Assembly: GCA_030248215.1 (NCBI GenBank)
Contig: JASANG010000440.1
Span: forward strand, 248,001-312,000
DNA length: 64,000 nucleotides
Origin: Enoplolaimus lenunculus
Taxonomy: Eukaryota
Reading direction: 5' to 3'
Shown: piece after piece, positions 39,001-52,254 of the stretch
How positions within the stretch are numbered: position 1 is the stretch's first letter
How the letters are laid out: the number at the start of each line of letters is the position of its first letter
Translations under genes and position numbers: made by a program
The notes under the pieces: generated by a model
Databases searched by the model: none
What the model saw: the letters and a program-made list of their open reading frames with translations, nothing else
Told to the model about the DNA's origin: nothing

Positions 39001-42000
39001 TTTGCCCCAACGGTTGGTTTTGCCCCAACGATTGGTTTTGCTTCAACGGTTGGTTTTGCCCCAACGGTTGGTTTCACCCCAACGGTTGGTTTCACCCCAA
39101 CGGTTGGTTTTGCCTCAACGGCTGGTTTTGCCCCAACGGTTGGTTTTGCCCCAACGGTTGGTTTTGCCCCAACGGTTGGTTTCACCCCAACGGTTGGTTT
39201 TGCCCCAACGGTTGGTTTCAGCTCAACGGTTGGTTTCACCCCAACGGTTGGCTTCACCCCAACGGATGGTTTCACCCCAACGGATGGTTTCACCCCAACA
39301 GTCGGTTCCACCCCAACGGTTGGTTTTACCCCAACGGTTGGTTTCACCCCAACGGTTGGTTTTGCCTGAACGGTTGGTTTCACCCCAACGGTTGGTTTCA
39401 CCCCAACGGTTGGTTTTGCCTGAACGGTTGGTTTTGCCCCAACGGTTGGTTTTGCCCCAACGGTTGGTTTCACCCCAACGGTTGGTTTCACCCCAACGGT
39501 TGGTTTTGCCTGAACGGTTGGTTTTGCCCCAACGGTTAGATTTACCCCAACGGTTGGTTTCACCCCAACAATCGGTTTTGCCCCAACGGTTGGTTTTGCC
39601 CCAACGGTTGGTTTTGCCCCAACGGTTGGTTTTGCCCCAACGGTTGGTTTCACCCCAACGGTTGGTTTCACCCAACGGTTGGTTTTGCCTCAACGGCTGG
39701 TTTTGCCCCAACGGTTGGTTTTGCCCCAACGGTTGGTTTTGCCCCAACGGTTGGTTTTGCCCCAACGGTTGGTTTCAGCTCAACGGTTGGTTTCACCCCA
39801 ACGGTTGGCTTCACCCCAACGGATGGTTTCACCCCAACGGATGGTTTCACCCCAACAGTCGGTTCCACCCCAACGGTTGGTTTTACCCCAACGGTTGGTT
39901 TCACCCCAACGGTTGGTTTCACCCCAACGGTTGGTTTAACCCCAACGGTTGGTTTTGCCCCAACGGGTGGTTTTACCCCACGGTTGGCTTCACCCCAACG
40001 GTTGGTTTTACTCCAACGGTTGGTTTCACCCCAATGATCGGTTTTACCACAACGGTTGGTTTCACCTCAACAGTTAGCTTCACCCCAACGGTTGGATTCA
40101 CCTCAACGATTGGTTTCACACCAACGGTTGGTTTTACCCCAACGGTCGGTTTCACCCCAACGGTTCGTTTTACCCCAACAGTCGGTTTCACCCCAACGGT
40201 TGGTTTCACCCCAACGGTTGGTTTTGCCTCAACGGTTGGTTTCACCCCAACGGTTGGTTTTGCCCCAACGGTTGGCTTCACCCCAACGGATGGTTTCACC
40301 CCAACAGTCGGTTCCACCCCAACGGTTGGTTTTACCCCAACGGTTGGTTTCACCCCAACGGTTGGTTTCACCCCAACGGTTGGTCTCACCCCAACAGTCG
40401 GTTTCACCCCAACGGTTGGTTTCACCCCAACGGTTGGTTTTGCCCCAACGGTTGGTTTTACCCCAACGGTTGGTTTCACCTCAACAGTTGGTTTCACCTC
40501 AGCGGTTGGTTTCACCTCAACGGTTGGCTTCACCCCAACGGTTGGTTTCACCCCAACGGTTGGTTTTACCCCAACGGTTGGTTTCACCCCAATGATCGGT
40601 TTTACCACAACGGTTTGTTTCACCTCAACAGTTGGTTTCACCTCAGCGGTTGGTTTCACCTCAACGGTTGGCTTCACCCCAACGGTTGGTTTCACCCCAA
40701 CGGTTGGTTTTACCCCAACGGTTGGTTTCACCCCAATGATCGGTTTTACCACAACGGTTTGTTTCACCTCAACAGTTGGTTTCACCTCAGCGGTTGGCTT
40801 TACCCCAACGGTTAGCTTCACCCCAACGGATGGTTTCACCACAACGGTTGGTTTCACCCCAATGGTTGGTTTCACCTTAACAGTCGGTTTCACCCCAACG
40901 TTTGGTTTCACCCCAACGGTTCGTTTTACCCCAACGGTTGGTTTCACCCCAATGGTTGGTTTCACCCAAACGGTTGGTTTCACCCCAATGGTTGGTTTCA
41001 CCTTAACAGTCGGTTTCACCCCAACGTTTGGTTTCACCCCAACGGTTCGTTTTACCCCAACGGTTGGTTTCACCCCAGCGATCGGTTTAGCCCCAACGGT
41101 TGGTTTCACCCCAACGGTTGGTTTCACCCCAACGGTTGGTTTCACCCTAACAGTCGGTTTCACCCCAACGGTTGGCTTCACCGAACTGTTGGTTTTACCC
41201 CGATGGTTGGTTTCACCCCAATGGTTGGTTTCACCTTAACAGTCGGTTTCACCCCAACGTTTGGTTTCACCCCAACGGTTCGTTTTACCCCAACGGTTGG
41301 TTTCACCCCAATGGTTGGTTTCACCCAAACGGTTGGTTTCACCCCAATGGTTGGTTTCACCTTAACAGTCGGTTTCACCCCAACGTTTGGTTTCACCCCA
41401 ACGGTTCGTTTTACCCCAACGGTTGGTTTCACCCCAGCGATCGGTTTTACCCCAACGGTTGGTTTCACCCCAACGGTTGGTTTCACCCCAACGGCTGGTT
41501 TCACCCTAACAGTCGGTTTCACCCCAACGGTTGGCTTCACCGAACTGTTGGTTTTACCCCGATGGTTGGTTTCACCCCAATGGTTGGTTTCACCTTAACA
41601 GTCGGTTTCACCCCAACGTTTGGTTTCACCCCAACGGTTCGTTTTACCCCAACGGTTGGTTTCACCCCAAGGGTTGGCTTCACCCAACTGTTGGTTTCAC
41701 CCCAACGGTTGATTTCACCCCAACGATTGGTTTCACCCCAACGGTTGGTTTTACCTCAACGGTTGGTTTCACCCCAACTGTCGGTTTCACCCCAACGGTT
41801 GGTTTCACCCAAAGATCGGTTTTACCACAACGGTTGGTTTCACCTCAACAGTTGGTTTCACCTCAGCGGTTGGCTTTACCCCAATGTTTGGTTTCACCCT
41901 AATGGTTGGTTTCACCCAAACGGTTGGTTTCACCCCAACGGTTGGATTCACCTCAACGGTTGGTTTCACCTCAACGGTTGGTTTCACCCCAATGTTTGGT

Positions 42001-42318
42001 TTCACCCTAATGGTTGGTTTCACCCAAACGGTTGGTTTCACCCTAACAGTCGGTTTCACCCGAACGGTTGGCTTCACCCAACTGTTGGTTTCACCCCAAC
42101 GGTTGATTTCACCCCAACGGTTGGTTTTGCCCCAACGGTTAGTTTCACCCCAGGGGCTCGTTTCACCCCAGCGGTTAATTTCACCCCAGCGGTTAATTTT
42201 GCCCCAGACTTTGGTTTCACCCTAACGGCTGGTTTCACCTCAACGGTCGGTTTCAGCCCAAGGGCTGGTTTCACACAAACGGTTAGCTTCACCGCAACGG
42301 ACGATGTCACCCCAATGG
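36033..42318. repeat. 18-bp minisatellite (acggttggtttcacccca)n, about 350 units; the minus strand reads ([12 protein letters not shown])n
   Basis: Direct inspection; minus-strand ORFs 36015-39671 and 39973-41181; single-base register shifts near 39671, 39980, 41181, 41540, 41683, 41810 and 42077. Confidence 0.95.
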
Positions 42319-42349
42319 ATTAATGCAGCAGCTTGGTAAAGCGGTTGAA

Positions 42350-43183
42350 ACTAGAAAAAATGCTCAGCACTTGAGCAAAAAGGGATATGTTTCATATTCC
42401 TATTAAAAGTATGGTAAACTAGATCAGCACATTCGCTTGATGTAACCTGGAAAAGTATTAAGAAACAATGGCGTCCAAAATCATGTTAACTATTAATTTT
42501 TCTGAAACATATTGCGGACAGCAAAGTTTCTGTAATTTTCTTTTTGTAAGAAACAGATGCTTTTCTAGAATGCAATGCAAAATTTCTGAAATGTAGACAG
42601 ATTTAGGTTGGAATCCATGAATCTATTGAAGAGCATTGTGTGGCGACATAATGGCTGTGTTAGTGTTCTTATGACCAATGTTGTTAGATGCTTTCTTAAA
42701 CAGACGTCACAAAACAAATCGCAATTGATGCTTTAAAAACGGCTCAACTCATATATAAGTGAATTTTTAGTTTACTCTATTTTTGACCTTAGTGACAAAT
42801 TCTATAACTGCGCATTTCCCACTCGACTTATCTGTTTCACTGCACAGTCGCGACTATAGAACCTCGCAAATCGCACCGTATTCTGGCAACATCAATTAAT
42901 CTGGCAAAAGCAAAGAGCGCTATACGTCAGCCATGTCTTTGCGAGCCTAAGAATTTCCTGAAAATTTCTAACAAATCCTGCCAAAAACTTAAATGTTAAA
43001 AATAGATTTGATGTCCGCAATATGTTTCAGAAAAATTAATAGTTAACATGATTTTGGACGCCATTGTTTCTTAATACTTTTCCAGGTTACATCAAGCGAA
43101 TGTGCTGATCTAGTTTACCATACTTTTAATAGGAATATGAAACATATCCCTTTTTGTTCAAGTGCTGAGCATTTTTTTCTAGT
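42350..43183. repeat. Near-perfect 170-bp inverted repeat with a spacer of about 490 bp
   Basis: 42350-42520 is the reverse complement of 43012-43183, with one substitution and one homopolymer length difference. Confidence 0.95.
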
Positions 43184-43613
43184 AATTAATTTGGGTCGGT
43201 TAACTTATGCTTTAAACTTCGGCAAATTCAACTCAGCCAAAACAGCATATTAATTGTTAGCTGGCAGCAACGAATCTTGCGGACTCCACCTGACATTTAC
43301 GGTTAACTGCGTGCATAAACTCTTTGCGCAAAGAATTTATGCCAAAGATTACGCTTTTAAGCATATCTAAGAATACTCATTAACCTAAACCTAAGCCTAA
43401 GCGTAAATATGAGTAAAAGTCTACACAATTCATCGAAATTGTAACAAAATAATTTCTATAAAACAATGAACGAAAGTTAAAGTTCTGCGTAGTGAAATTT
43501 GTTTGAAAATTTTTATCTGAAATAGCAACACACACTTAATTTCCCAAAAGTATAAAATTAACTTTTAGAGATATTATAATGTTAACCAGATATTTACTTT
43601 TCAAACAAATATT

Positions 43614-43817
43614 GGCCAATATAAAGAACAGGGGCGGAACAGTATTATAAGCATGTTCGCAAGCCAAAGCCTAAGCATAAGCCTAAGCGTAATAATGAGC
43701 ATACTCCTAAGCCTAAGCCTAAGCCTAAGCCAAGCGAAAAAAAATTAGTCTAAAGCTTCAGCTTACTCTATTGCAGTATCACAGAAAAACGTTCCGCTCA
43801 TGATCTTTACATGTGCC
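43614..43817. mobile_element. MITE family K2 (TIR ggcc.atgtaaaga.caggggcggaac) with internal (TAAGCC)n
   Basis: Ends ggccaatataaagaacaggggcggaac ... gttccgctcatgatctttacatgtgcc; related copies at about 26646-26795, 27800-27900, 45707-45836, 46581-46756 and 50490-50665. Confidence 0.7.
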
Positions 43818-44584
43818 GAAAACAAAACAACCAATTTGTCAAAGAATCCCCAGTGTATAAAGTATAAATCATTAACTGCGAACACAACTTGTAAGGCATT
43901 CATATCATAGTTATTGATGTTACGTTTTTGAAGAATTAATAAACTTTAAACATAATGCAATAATTTTAGCTTAAAGGATTCAAACCAAATACAAACGCCG
44001 TCCAAATTTGGAAGTTCATAAAACTCAGAACAGAAGGTGCCCGGGACCTAAAATCATTGAACCCTGCAACGCTTATAAAAATGGTCACAGTCTCGTCCTG
44101 AAAAATGATTGCCTAAGGTTCAAAAAATTCTACCGGCGCCACATCCCAAACATTCCACCCAATGCTATCTTAGTTTGCGTCCATAGCTATAAATGCCGTC
44201 GTGAGCTTAAGCTTAAACCTAAATTCAAAAACCTTAGCCGAAACCTAAACCGGAACATACACCCAAATCCTAACTCAAAGCCTAAAGCTTAAACTTTCAA
44301 GTTTGTTGTAATGTACCCCATAGGCCTCTATAATTAACATGGTTTATCATTTGCATAAGTCTTTTGTTAGCTGGAAATTTTCAAAAATTACGCTTCGCGT
44401 AGGTGTGTAACCAGATAAAAATGTTTCAAAATTCTTAGCCTAAAAGCAAATGCGTCCGCAAAACCATTAACTTGATTACAGTATGGTTGTGCGAGTAAAC
44501 GTGACCAACATCTGTATAATTCATACGAAGCAGTAGCGGAAAATCGTTAATACGTCTTTAGTATATTTTAGTCAAAACTTATCA

Positions 44585-44586
<2 letters not shown>

Positions 44587-44626
<40 letters not shown>

Positions 44627-44627
44627 C
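44587..44627. repeat. (CAA)n microsatellite
   Basis: About 13 consecutive caa units. Confidence 0.95.
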
Positions 44628-44742
44628 TATTTCTCAGTTCAGTAGTCGATAAAATTGTGGAATAAACTACACCTGACCACGTCGAAGTGAAAGCTGTCCA
44701 AGTCAGAAGTCTAGTACAATTCGATAGCTATTATGATGTTAA

Positions 44743-45605
44743 GTAGGGATGGGCATCGGATATGCTTTAATATCCGGATATCCGGCAGTTCTTGCCGGAT
44801 ATGTATCCGATATTCAGATATCCGGGGCTCGTCATAAACTCCGCTGACGATTTCAATTAAATTTCAATTTTTTAACACTTGAATTGAATATATACTTTCA
44901 CTTTTCGTGATGTTATACGGACTTACTGCGGAACCAAAAATGTATTTTCAATAGTTCAGAAATCTATAATTTTTCATTTGTACATTATATATTGCTGTGT
45001 AAAAGCGAAACGCTGAGTAGAATTGCGTTATTTTTTTGCGTTGATTTACTGGTTTAGCGCAGCTAATTTGCTGTTAAATTTTGAATTACTTTTGATTAAA
45101 AACATAAACTAAGACTGTTAATAAGTTATTTTTCTATCAAACGAACGAAACTGCTTAATATACCGAGCTTATGACAGTATCCAGCATGATATAAGTAAAG
45201 AAATGTACTATATCATACTATAAAAACTGTTGTGTCCAACTATGATTGGAATAAATACCGAAACTAAACAGTTCTAAACTTTACAAGAAATATACGCCGA
45301 AAAAGCCAAATCTACTCTCAAAAATTGCCAACAATTTTAGTTCAATATTGTGACTCAATAAAACACAATTTCTTTTAGTCAGGTCCGCTATTTCAATTGT
45401 GAAACAACGCAAATTATTCAAAAAAAAACTTTTTTACACAATAGCAATTGGCATATCCGGCAGATATTTGGATATCCGGATATCCGGACATCCGGATATA
45501 TTTCTTTTCGGACACATATCTAGATATCCGGATATATATTTCTTTTCTGACACATATCTAGATATTTTTCATATCCGGATATCCAGATGTCTGGTGCCAA
45601 TCTGT
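44743..45605. mobile_element. hAT-like MITE (TAGGGATG start)
   Basis: tagggatgggcatcggatat at the left end and a degenerate inverted copy (..gatgtctggtgccaatctgta) at the right end; many atatccggat sub-repeats. Confidence 0.55.
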
Positions 45606-48530
45606 AATATTATTTTGCTAAGATATAACAGTAATCTTTCAAGTGCTGCCGCAAACCTTTTTCTGTTGATTATTGTACAATGCTGGCATTTGAAACTCCA
45701 AAAACTGGACCCATATAAAGATCATGAGCGGAACGTTTTTCTACAGCACTGCAATACTTTAGACTATTTTTTTGCTTAGGATTAGGCTTATGAGTATGCT
45801 TTTACTACTGTTACCGCCCTGCTTTATACATTGGCCAAAAATTACTACGCATGCGTATTGTTAGAAACGCAGAAACAGTTACTAAAATAGCAACTTTAAA
45901 AACATTACAATTCGTATTATACCGTTAGCCCAGGCAGTCTCGCTTGTAAAGATGCAAAAACAATTCAAAGCCTGTGCGAAAAAGGCTCGAGGCCGTTCTT
46001 GCCAGGTGCATTTATAAGAATTGAAAATTTGACCGTTTAGCAGGGTTCCAAAAATATGGATCCAAACAGATTTTGCCCCAAGATTTTTACTTTCACGGGT
46101 CAAGAAAAATACTTGATTTGACTGAATTTACTAAACGTAAACAACTTTTTAGCACCTTATATTTTCCTCCCAAAGTCGAAAGCCTTCTTGTCTGTTTCTT
46201 CTACAAGGAATATAGTCAAAAAAGCCCTTTGAGCTATTTTTTAATCTAAAATTTTCAATTATTACAACCATGCTTGTAGATATTTTTTGTTTACAAGAAA
46301 TTTTCTATTAATTCCTACGCTTTCGCTTCAACGGATGGCATATGCGATGAATCTTTCTTTTAAAAAACCAGGAACTTTATGTGAAAACATAAAGTTGTCT
46401 CTGGAGTATTCTTTGTCTTCTCCAAGTTTTATGTCAAAATCGAAACTGAGTCTATGGCATGTATTCTTTAAATGTGTGTAGCATCTATTACCAGTTGGTA
46501 AAACTTTCGAACCAGTGAATGCTGAGGCTCAAACTTTAGCACATTTTTCGTATTTGATTTGCTCAACTCATGTACCAATTTGGCCCATGTAAAAGTTCAG
46601 GGCTGGAACGTTTTTCTGTGGGACTAGAATAGAGTAAGCTTCAAGATTTGGACTAATTTTTTCGCTTGGCTTAGGCTTAGGCTTAGGCTTAGGCTTAGGC
46701 TTAGGTTTAGGAATATGCTTATAATAGTGTTCCGTCTCTGTTCTTTACATTGACCATCAATTTGAGTTCAACACCGCCAATTGTTAGTGAGTTTGAAAGC
46801 GTTAACTGATGATAGCTGCTGTATACATTTGCTAATATGGGCCTATGCCTAAAGTCAAGATGTAAGCCAAAGCCTGCGTCTAAGCCTCTGTTGCCAAATA
46901 GTTTTTGGGAAAGGGTACAAGAGCGAAAACGGTTTTGTAAAGGCAAATCAGCTTTATTTTCACATGAAAATTTAAACTTGTGTCCTTTCTAGGGCCTATC
47001 GCTCCATCTGTTAAGGTCGACAACATTGACTAAATTCTTTTCACAGAATTTGAGAACCTCAAAATATTCGTATATGAAAAAATTACGATTGAAATTCCAC
47101 GTATAGAATGTATTTAACGTTAACCAAAGTTGTGTTACTTAAAATAGTAATTTGGGGCAGAATTTCCACCACAAAATTCTACGAAAGAACGCCGTCACCA
47201 ATGCTTTATAAGTTCGCAGATCTGTTCTTTAAGTAATTTATTCTTAATATTCTGATAGTTCACTGTTCAAGTTGCGTTGTTTACTTTGATTTCTGCTATT
47301 TTTTTGGTAAGTCGACAAATGCTTGTTTGTGAAGGTGTGATTAAGCATAAATTGGTCATATTCCTAAGCCTAAGCCTGCGCATATTAAGCGTTGCAAATA
47401 TGTGTTCCCTAAGCCTAAGCCTAAGGTTTGCAAATATGTTTCCTAAGCCTAAGCCTAAGCCTAAGGTTTGCAAATATGTGTTTCTAAACCTAAGCCTAAG
47501 GTTTGCAAATGGGTTCCTAAGCCTAAGCCTAAGCCTAAGGTTTGCAAATATGTGTTCCCTAAGCCTAAATCCTAAACCTAAGCAAAACAATGTAATCTCG
47601 AATTAAAACGTACTCTTTTATAGACCCACCAGAAACCTGGACGCCCTTTAAAGTAACGTGGGTCAAACACCGGATGAGGTACAGATTGTAAAATTAAGGT
47701 TTAATCGTGCTTTGGATCCTAATCTGAGAAAAGCTCTGCTTCTAGGCTTATGTTAGAAGTTTGTACAGCTTTCAGAGACACATGACCCATAACAGCGAAT
47801 TATTTCAACACAAATTTGTGGTTTTTAATTTTGATACGGTTTAGAGTTAAAAATCATGCGTTACAAGTTTCACTTCTTCAAAGATTGGTTATGAGCATTG
47901 ACGTAAACCCACATTCTCAAATGCGTCAAGCACCTATCATCAGTCAGCGACAGGTTTTGAAACTGACTAACTTCTGCAATTGTGAGCATTGAAAATCTTT
48001 GCTCATGTTGGACAAACCAAATGCGAAAACTTTGCCAGATTTTGGAACTCGTTATTGATGTCAGCCTAGGTGTAGAAACCGCGACTCCAGTCCCTTCTAA
48101 GCTGGAAAAGCGGTTGTGGGTGGTTTCGAACTGACGGACTTCTACGTGTTTGACAGACACTGTTAACCTTTCAGCACGTAGCCCGCCTGTCCAACTACTT
48201 TTATCGTCGACTATGTGCAGACCGTATGCCGCTGACAAGCATACTATACAATGTGCATTGCAAATATATTGCATATACACACCAGGACACGCAAGTCTCA
48301 CATGCTTCCAATTGCAGATTGTTTATGCCCATATAGCGGCTACACATATTTGAGAATACGGCTGTTAGCGTTAAATTTTCGTTTTACGCTTAGCAACCAT
48401 ATTTAGTCAAATTAAAATTTTCAGTTGTTTTCTTTACAGTCTGTAGAATCTATTTTAAATAACTTAAAAAGCAGACAGCAAACTTTTTCGTAAATGTATT
48501 TTGTATATTTAGCTGTTCAAAGCTACAACT

Positions 48531-48749
48531 ATGGCGCGGTTCAATTTGATTGCGTTGACCCTGTGCGTTGCCTTGGTGTTGATTTCAGTGCCCCAACAGT
48601 CTGACGGTCTCGATATTGGTCTGACCTGTCCGGTTCCGGTTCACGATAGCTTGAGCGCCTGCCAGGCTCATGCTGCGAGTAACTGCGACGGCGGTGGCCA
48701 ATGCGCTCCACATAGCAGAATGCCGGGCAAATACAAGTGTACCTGTTAA
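48531..48749 (+). CDS. Secreted 6-Cys peptide, paralog 1 (72 aa)
   Basis: ATG, signal peptide, mature LDIGLTC... with spacing C-x10-C-x7-C-x5-C-x11-C-x-C; acceptor AG at 48511-48512 just upstream of the ATG; close paralog 5.2 kb downstream. Confidence 0.9.
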   Translation: MARFNLIALTLCVALVLISVPQQSDGLDIGLTCPVPVHDSLSACQAHAASNCDGGGQCAPHSRMPGKYKCTC

Positions 48750-48839
48750 GAAGTCTGGGTGTGAAGGTAAATGTTTTGTTATCTCGCCCAAGTCCACTAT
48801 AGAACTATGCAAATTTGTATTTTTATACCCCACGAGGAC

Positions 48840-49082
48840 AGTCAAAATAATATTTCTGATATTTAAGAAAAAATTTCTTACATTTAAGAAATATAATAGC
48901 AAGGTGCACTTGAAAAGTATTTGTGTTATAACACAGAAACGTTTTCAAAAAAGTTTTGAAATAACGACTGAAACGTTTTCCAGTTATTTTCAGAAAAATT
49001 GTCTTAAATATCACAAAAACTATTCAGATTTGAAACTGAAAATACTTTTCTGAATAAATTCAGAAATACTTTTTTGTGTGTA
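48840..49082. mobile_element. Dispersed AT-rich repeat with an inverted copy at about 52325-52575
   Basis: caaaataatatttctgatatttaag...gcaaggtgcacttgaaaagtattt matches the reverse complement of about 52490-52570. Confidence 0.65.
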
Positions 49083-52000
49083 GCTGTGTATCGCTTACAA
49101 CTTTGGGGTCTGGGACAATGTGCCGAGGTCTTACAAACCCTGCTAATTTCTGATACGAATTAAATATCTTGCCGGCAGACGTGAAGAACGGTAGTTTATT
49201 CTGTTGCCGTCTTCTTGATTTTTAGTTAAGTAAAAAGTAGAATACTGGTTTTTAAATGTGCTCAAATTTCATTGGTTTAGATTTTTTGGAGACCTTGGAT
49301 CATTTTAAAATGCGAAAATTTTCAAATCTGTAGTTAAAGCCAGCAAAGGTGCGACTTCGCAAATTGTATTTCCGCCGGGTGCATTCCGGGTCTATCAAAC
49401 TACCGTAACTGATTTGTGATTTGCTAATTTGAATCTCAATTTTAATCTCAAAATCATTCTCAATGGACGCTTGGTGTCTACTCATTTCGCCCAAATCGAT
49501 GTAAATTGTAATTTCGCCGTGGTTGATAGGCAGTTATTTGTTTTGCGAATTATCGCATCTTACCTGTTTCCAGAGTATAATTAAAAGTAATATTTCCCGT
49601 TAATTTCAGTATCGCAAATCGGTGTCGGCATTTTTCGAAAGGATTATGAAGCGAAAGAAAGAATGTTTTTTTGTTTTTGATTGTTGGTTTTACTGTTATA
49701 TTTAAAAAATTAAAAATATAAACTTTTCAATTGTGACTTTCTGGAAAAAAAAGAGGAAAATGCTTCCAAAAAATTTCCTTTTAAACAAACATAAGGCCTA
49801 AGATTAAGCTCAAAACAAACATAAGGCCTAAGATTAAGCTCAAATAACATGAGTCTATGCCTAAATGTTGGCCTACGCTTTCCAGAGTACAAAGTCTCTC
49901 AGTCCCCTCTGTCTGGTGGCAGGCTGCAGGCCATTGTTGTAATAGTTGGTTTAGCGACGGACAAGTTCCGCTTGATGTAAACTTAAATTAAAAAAGTTAA
50001 AACTTAAACTTAAAAAAACTTAACTTAAAAACTGAAAAACATTTGAAATTAAAAACATTTGAAAACAAATGCAGTCGTTGTTGCAATAATAGCTGGACTG
50101 CGCCAAAATGCTTCTCGCAGAAACCAGCTTGCTGCACCTTGTTGTTTCAACGGATAGTTGCAATACCGAATATATATTGGCAATGAAGGGTGGCGGATAG
50201 TGGGTTAAAAATAAGTCCATAACCGAATAACAAGGGGGGTACCCTCTCAGTCCCCCCTCTTATTCCAGTCACTACAGTATGCTTGTTGTAAATTTGGTTT
50301 TAAAAAAACTACAAAACACTTAGAATACGAATTATTAATAAGCAACTTAGTATAAAGCGTAAACTTTTTAAATTATATAAATTTAAATTATATTCAAATT
50401 TGCAAATCTTTAAAAAATCCGCAAAATCCCATCGGAAGTTTTCAAAATGTCAAATCAAACATTTAAAAAAATTGATTGAAAAGTTGGGCAAATGTATAGA
50501 TCAGGGCCATAAAAGTAAAGAATATTTTTAAGCCTAAGCCTAAGCCTATAAAGCTTACACGAAAGCTTACGGGTAAGGGTAAAGCAACAAATTAGTCTAT
50601 AATTTAAGCTTACATATTATAGCAGTCAGCGAAAAACGACAGCCTGCCCCTAATCTATGCACGAGCCGACATAACAACATTAATACGCAACGACACAACT
50701 TTTATAAAATGCGAAAAATATCGGCAAAATTGCTGAATTTCCGGCGAAAATTGTGCCGGAAACTGAGATGAATTTTTTGCCCGAATCGAAGGCAGACCTC
50801 TGATCGCACCCTGATAACTGGACGCCAAACCAACTATTATTGTAGAAGTGAAAACAATGTATACCTAATCGAGTATACCATTGTTAAAATTATTTTACGG
50901 AGTTTTCGTGCCCTGTAGAAATTGCCTTGCAATTTTTAATGCAATTTCCACAATATCATGCGTACACCAGGTGGCCTTAGAGTCGGTATTGTACTGCGCA
51001 CTGAAGCTTTTTTTGGCTCAGTGTGCGAAGGACAAATGATTTGTTTGATTAAACAAAATTTATGTCACAAAGACATTGAAAACAAGTCAACGGGTTACCA
51101 CCAATTTTCATCCATTGTGAATATTTAGCCAGGTGTTTAGTTCAAAAATGAATACTTGAAGCAACTTTATTTTCTGCAAAAACATAATTAAAGCTTACGA
51201 CTGAAAAGATACAATGGAAGGGAAGAGCTTCGGTGTCTGTGAATCTATGAAGGCTGGGATATTGTCCGCAGGTGCCCTACATATTATCCGACCCCTGCTT
51301 CAGTTTTTTCTAAGCTTTAAGCATATATAGTAACCCGAATAAGACGGGAGACTGATATTTATTTGACCTCTCCAGAGGGTACCCCCTGTTATTCGGTTAC
51401 GGACTGTTATTTATTTTTAACTCGCCCGCCGTCGGTCGATACTGATATCTAAGCAGTATTTCAACTATCCGTTGAATTAAACGTTCACTTGTCCTGTTAA
51501 AAGAGCTTAAGCGATAATGCAAAGTTATACTAATGATTGTACAACTTTCAAAACTTAAGTATGCTTTAAAGTTTCGAACAAAACTTTATTTGAGCCTGAA
51601 GTTTATTTATGCACTACAATTAGGGACGATTGTACATTTGCGGCCTCTAATTAGGGTTAGGGACTCTATACGGACTCCTATTGATTGGGGCTCAAAATGG
51701 GGACCCCTTCTTAATCGGATTACTGCACCACTTAGTTTTAGAGCAACCCAAACGAGACTTTAAACGAAAATACCATTTAATATTTAATTTAGATATCTAT
51801 TAAAATTTGAATCTTTCACAATTTGAGAAATATTTTGATCTTCGCAAGGGGCCGCCACCCTGGAATTTTAGCGGACCCCACCTTAGTCTGCTGCGACACT
51901 GTTGTCATAAACAAATAAATTTAAGGTGTTCTAAGTCTGCTCCCCGTTCCTCAAAACAATACGGCTGTGATTTACCATTACATACTAAGACGCCGTTGAG

Positions 52001-52166
52001 TTGTACCAAACGAGTACAATTTGTTAGCATCAGTTCGAGAAACAGAAATTTTGGTTCTTAAAACAATTTAAGTTAATTGAAAATGAAAATTTTATTTTGA
52101 AAAAATTATTTTCTCTTTTTAGAAAAAATATTAATTTTCGGTTAAGAGAATGAGCAATGAAACAGA

Positions 52167-52254
52167 TATAAATGCGAGTGATTGTTTATTCATCTGTGTT
52201 CAGTCTGTGATACTGTCGAATTTATCATAAGATTTTTTCATCTTATCGGTAAGT
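52167..52254 (+). promoter_or_regulatory. Candidate TATA box, initiator and non-coding first exon of peptide paralog 2
   Basis: tataaat at 52167, TCAGT at 52200, donor G|GTAAGT at 52249, acceptor ttttcAG at 53677-53678. Paralog 1 has an analogous donor at 47307. Confidence 0.45.

Noticed and set aside
36110..42323. Plus-strand repeat ORFs (QRLVSP, HPNGWF, VGFTPT) as proteins
   Set aside because: Open frames are expected from an 18-bp unit. Recurrent variants are largely non-synonymous in the first two frames, and the third has repeated TGA stops.
46671..46710. True telomere or chromosome healing site
   Set aside because: The tract is short and internal to a MITE with both TIRs present.
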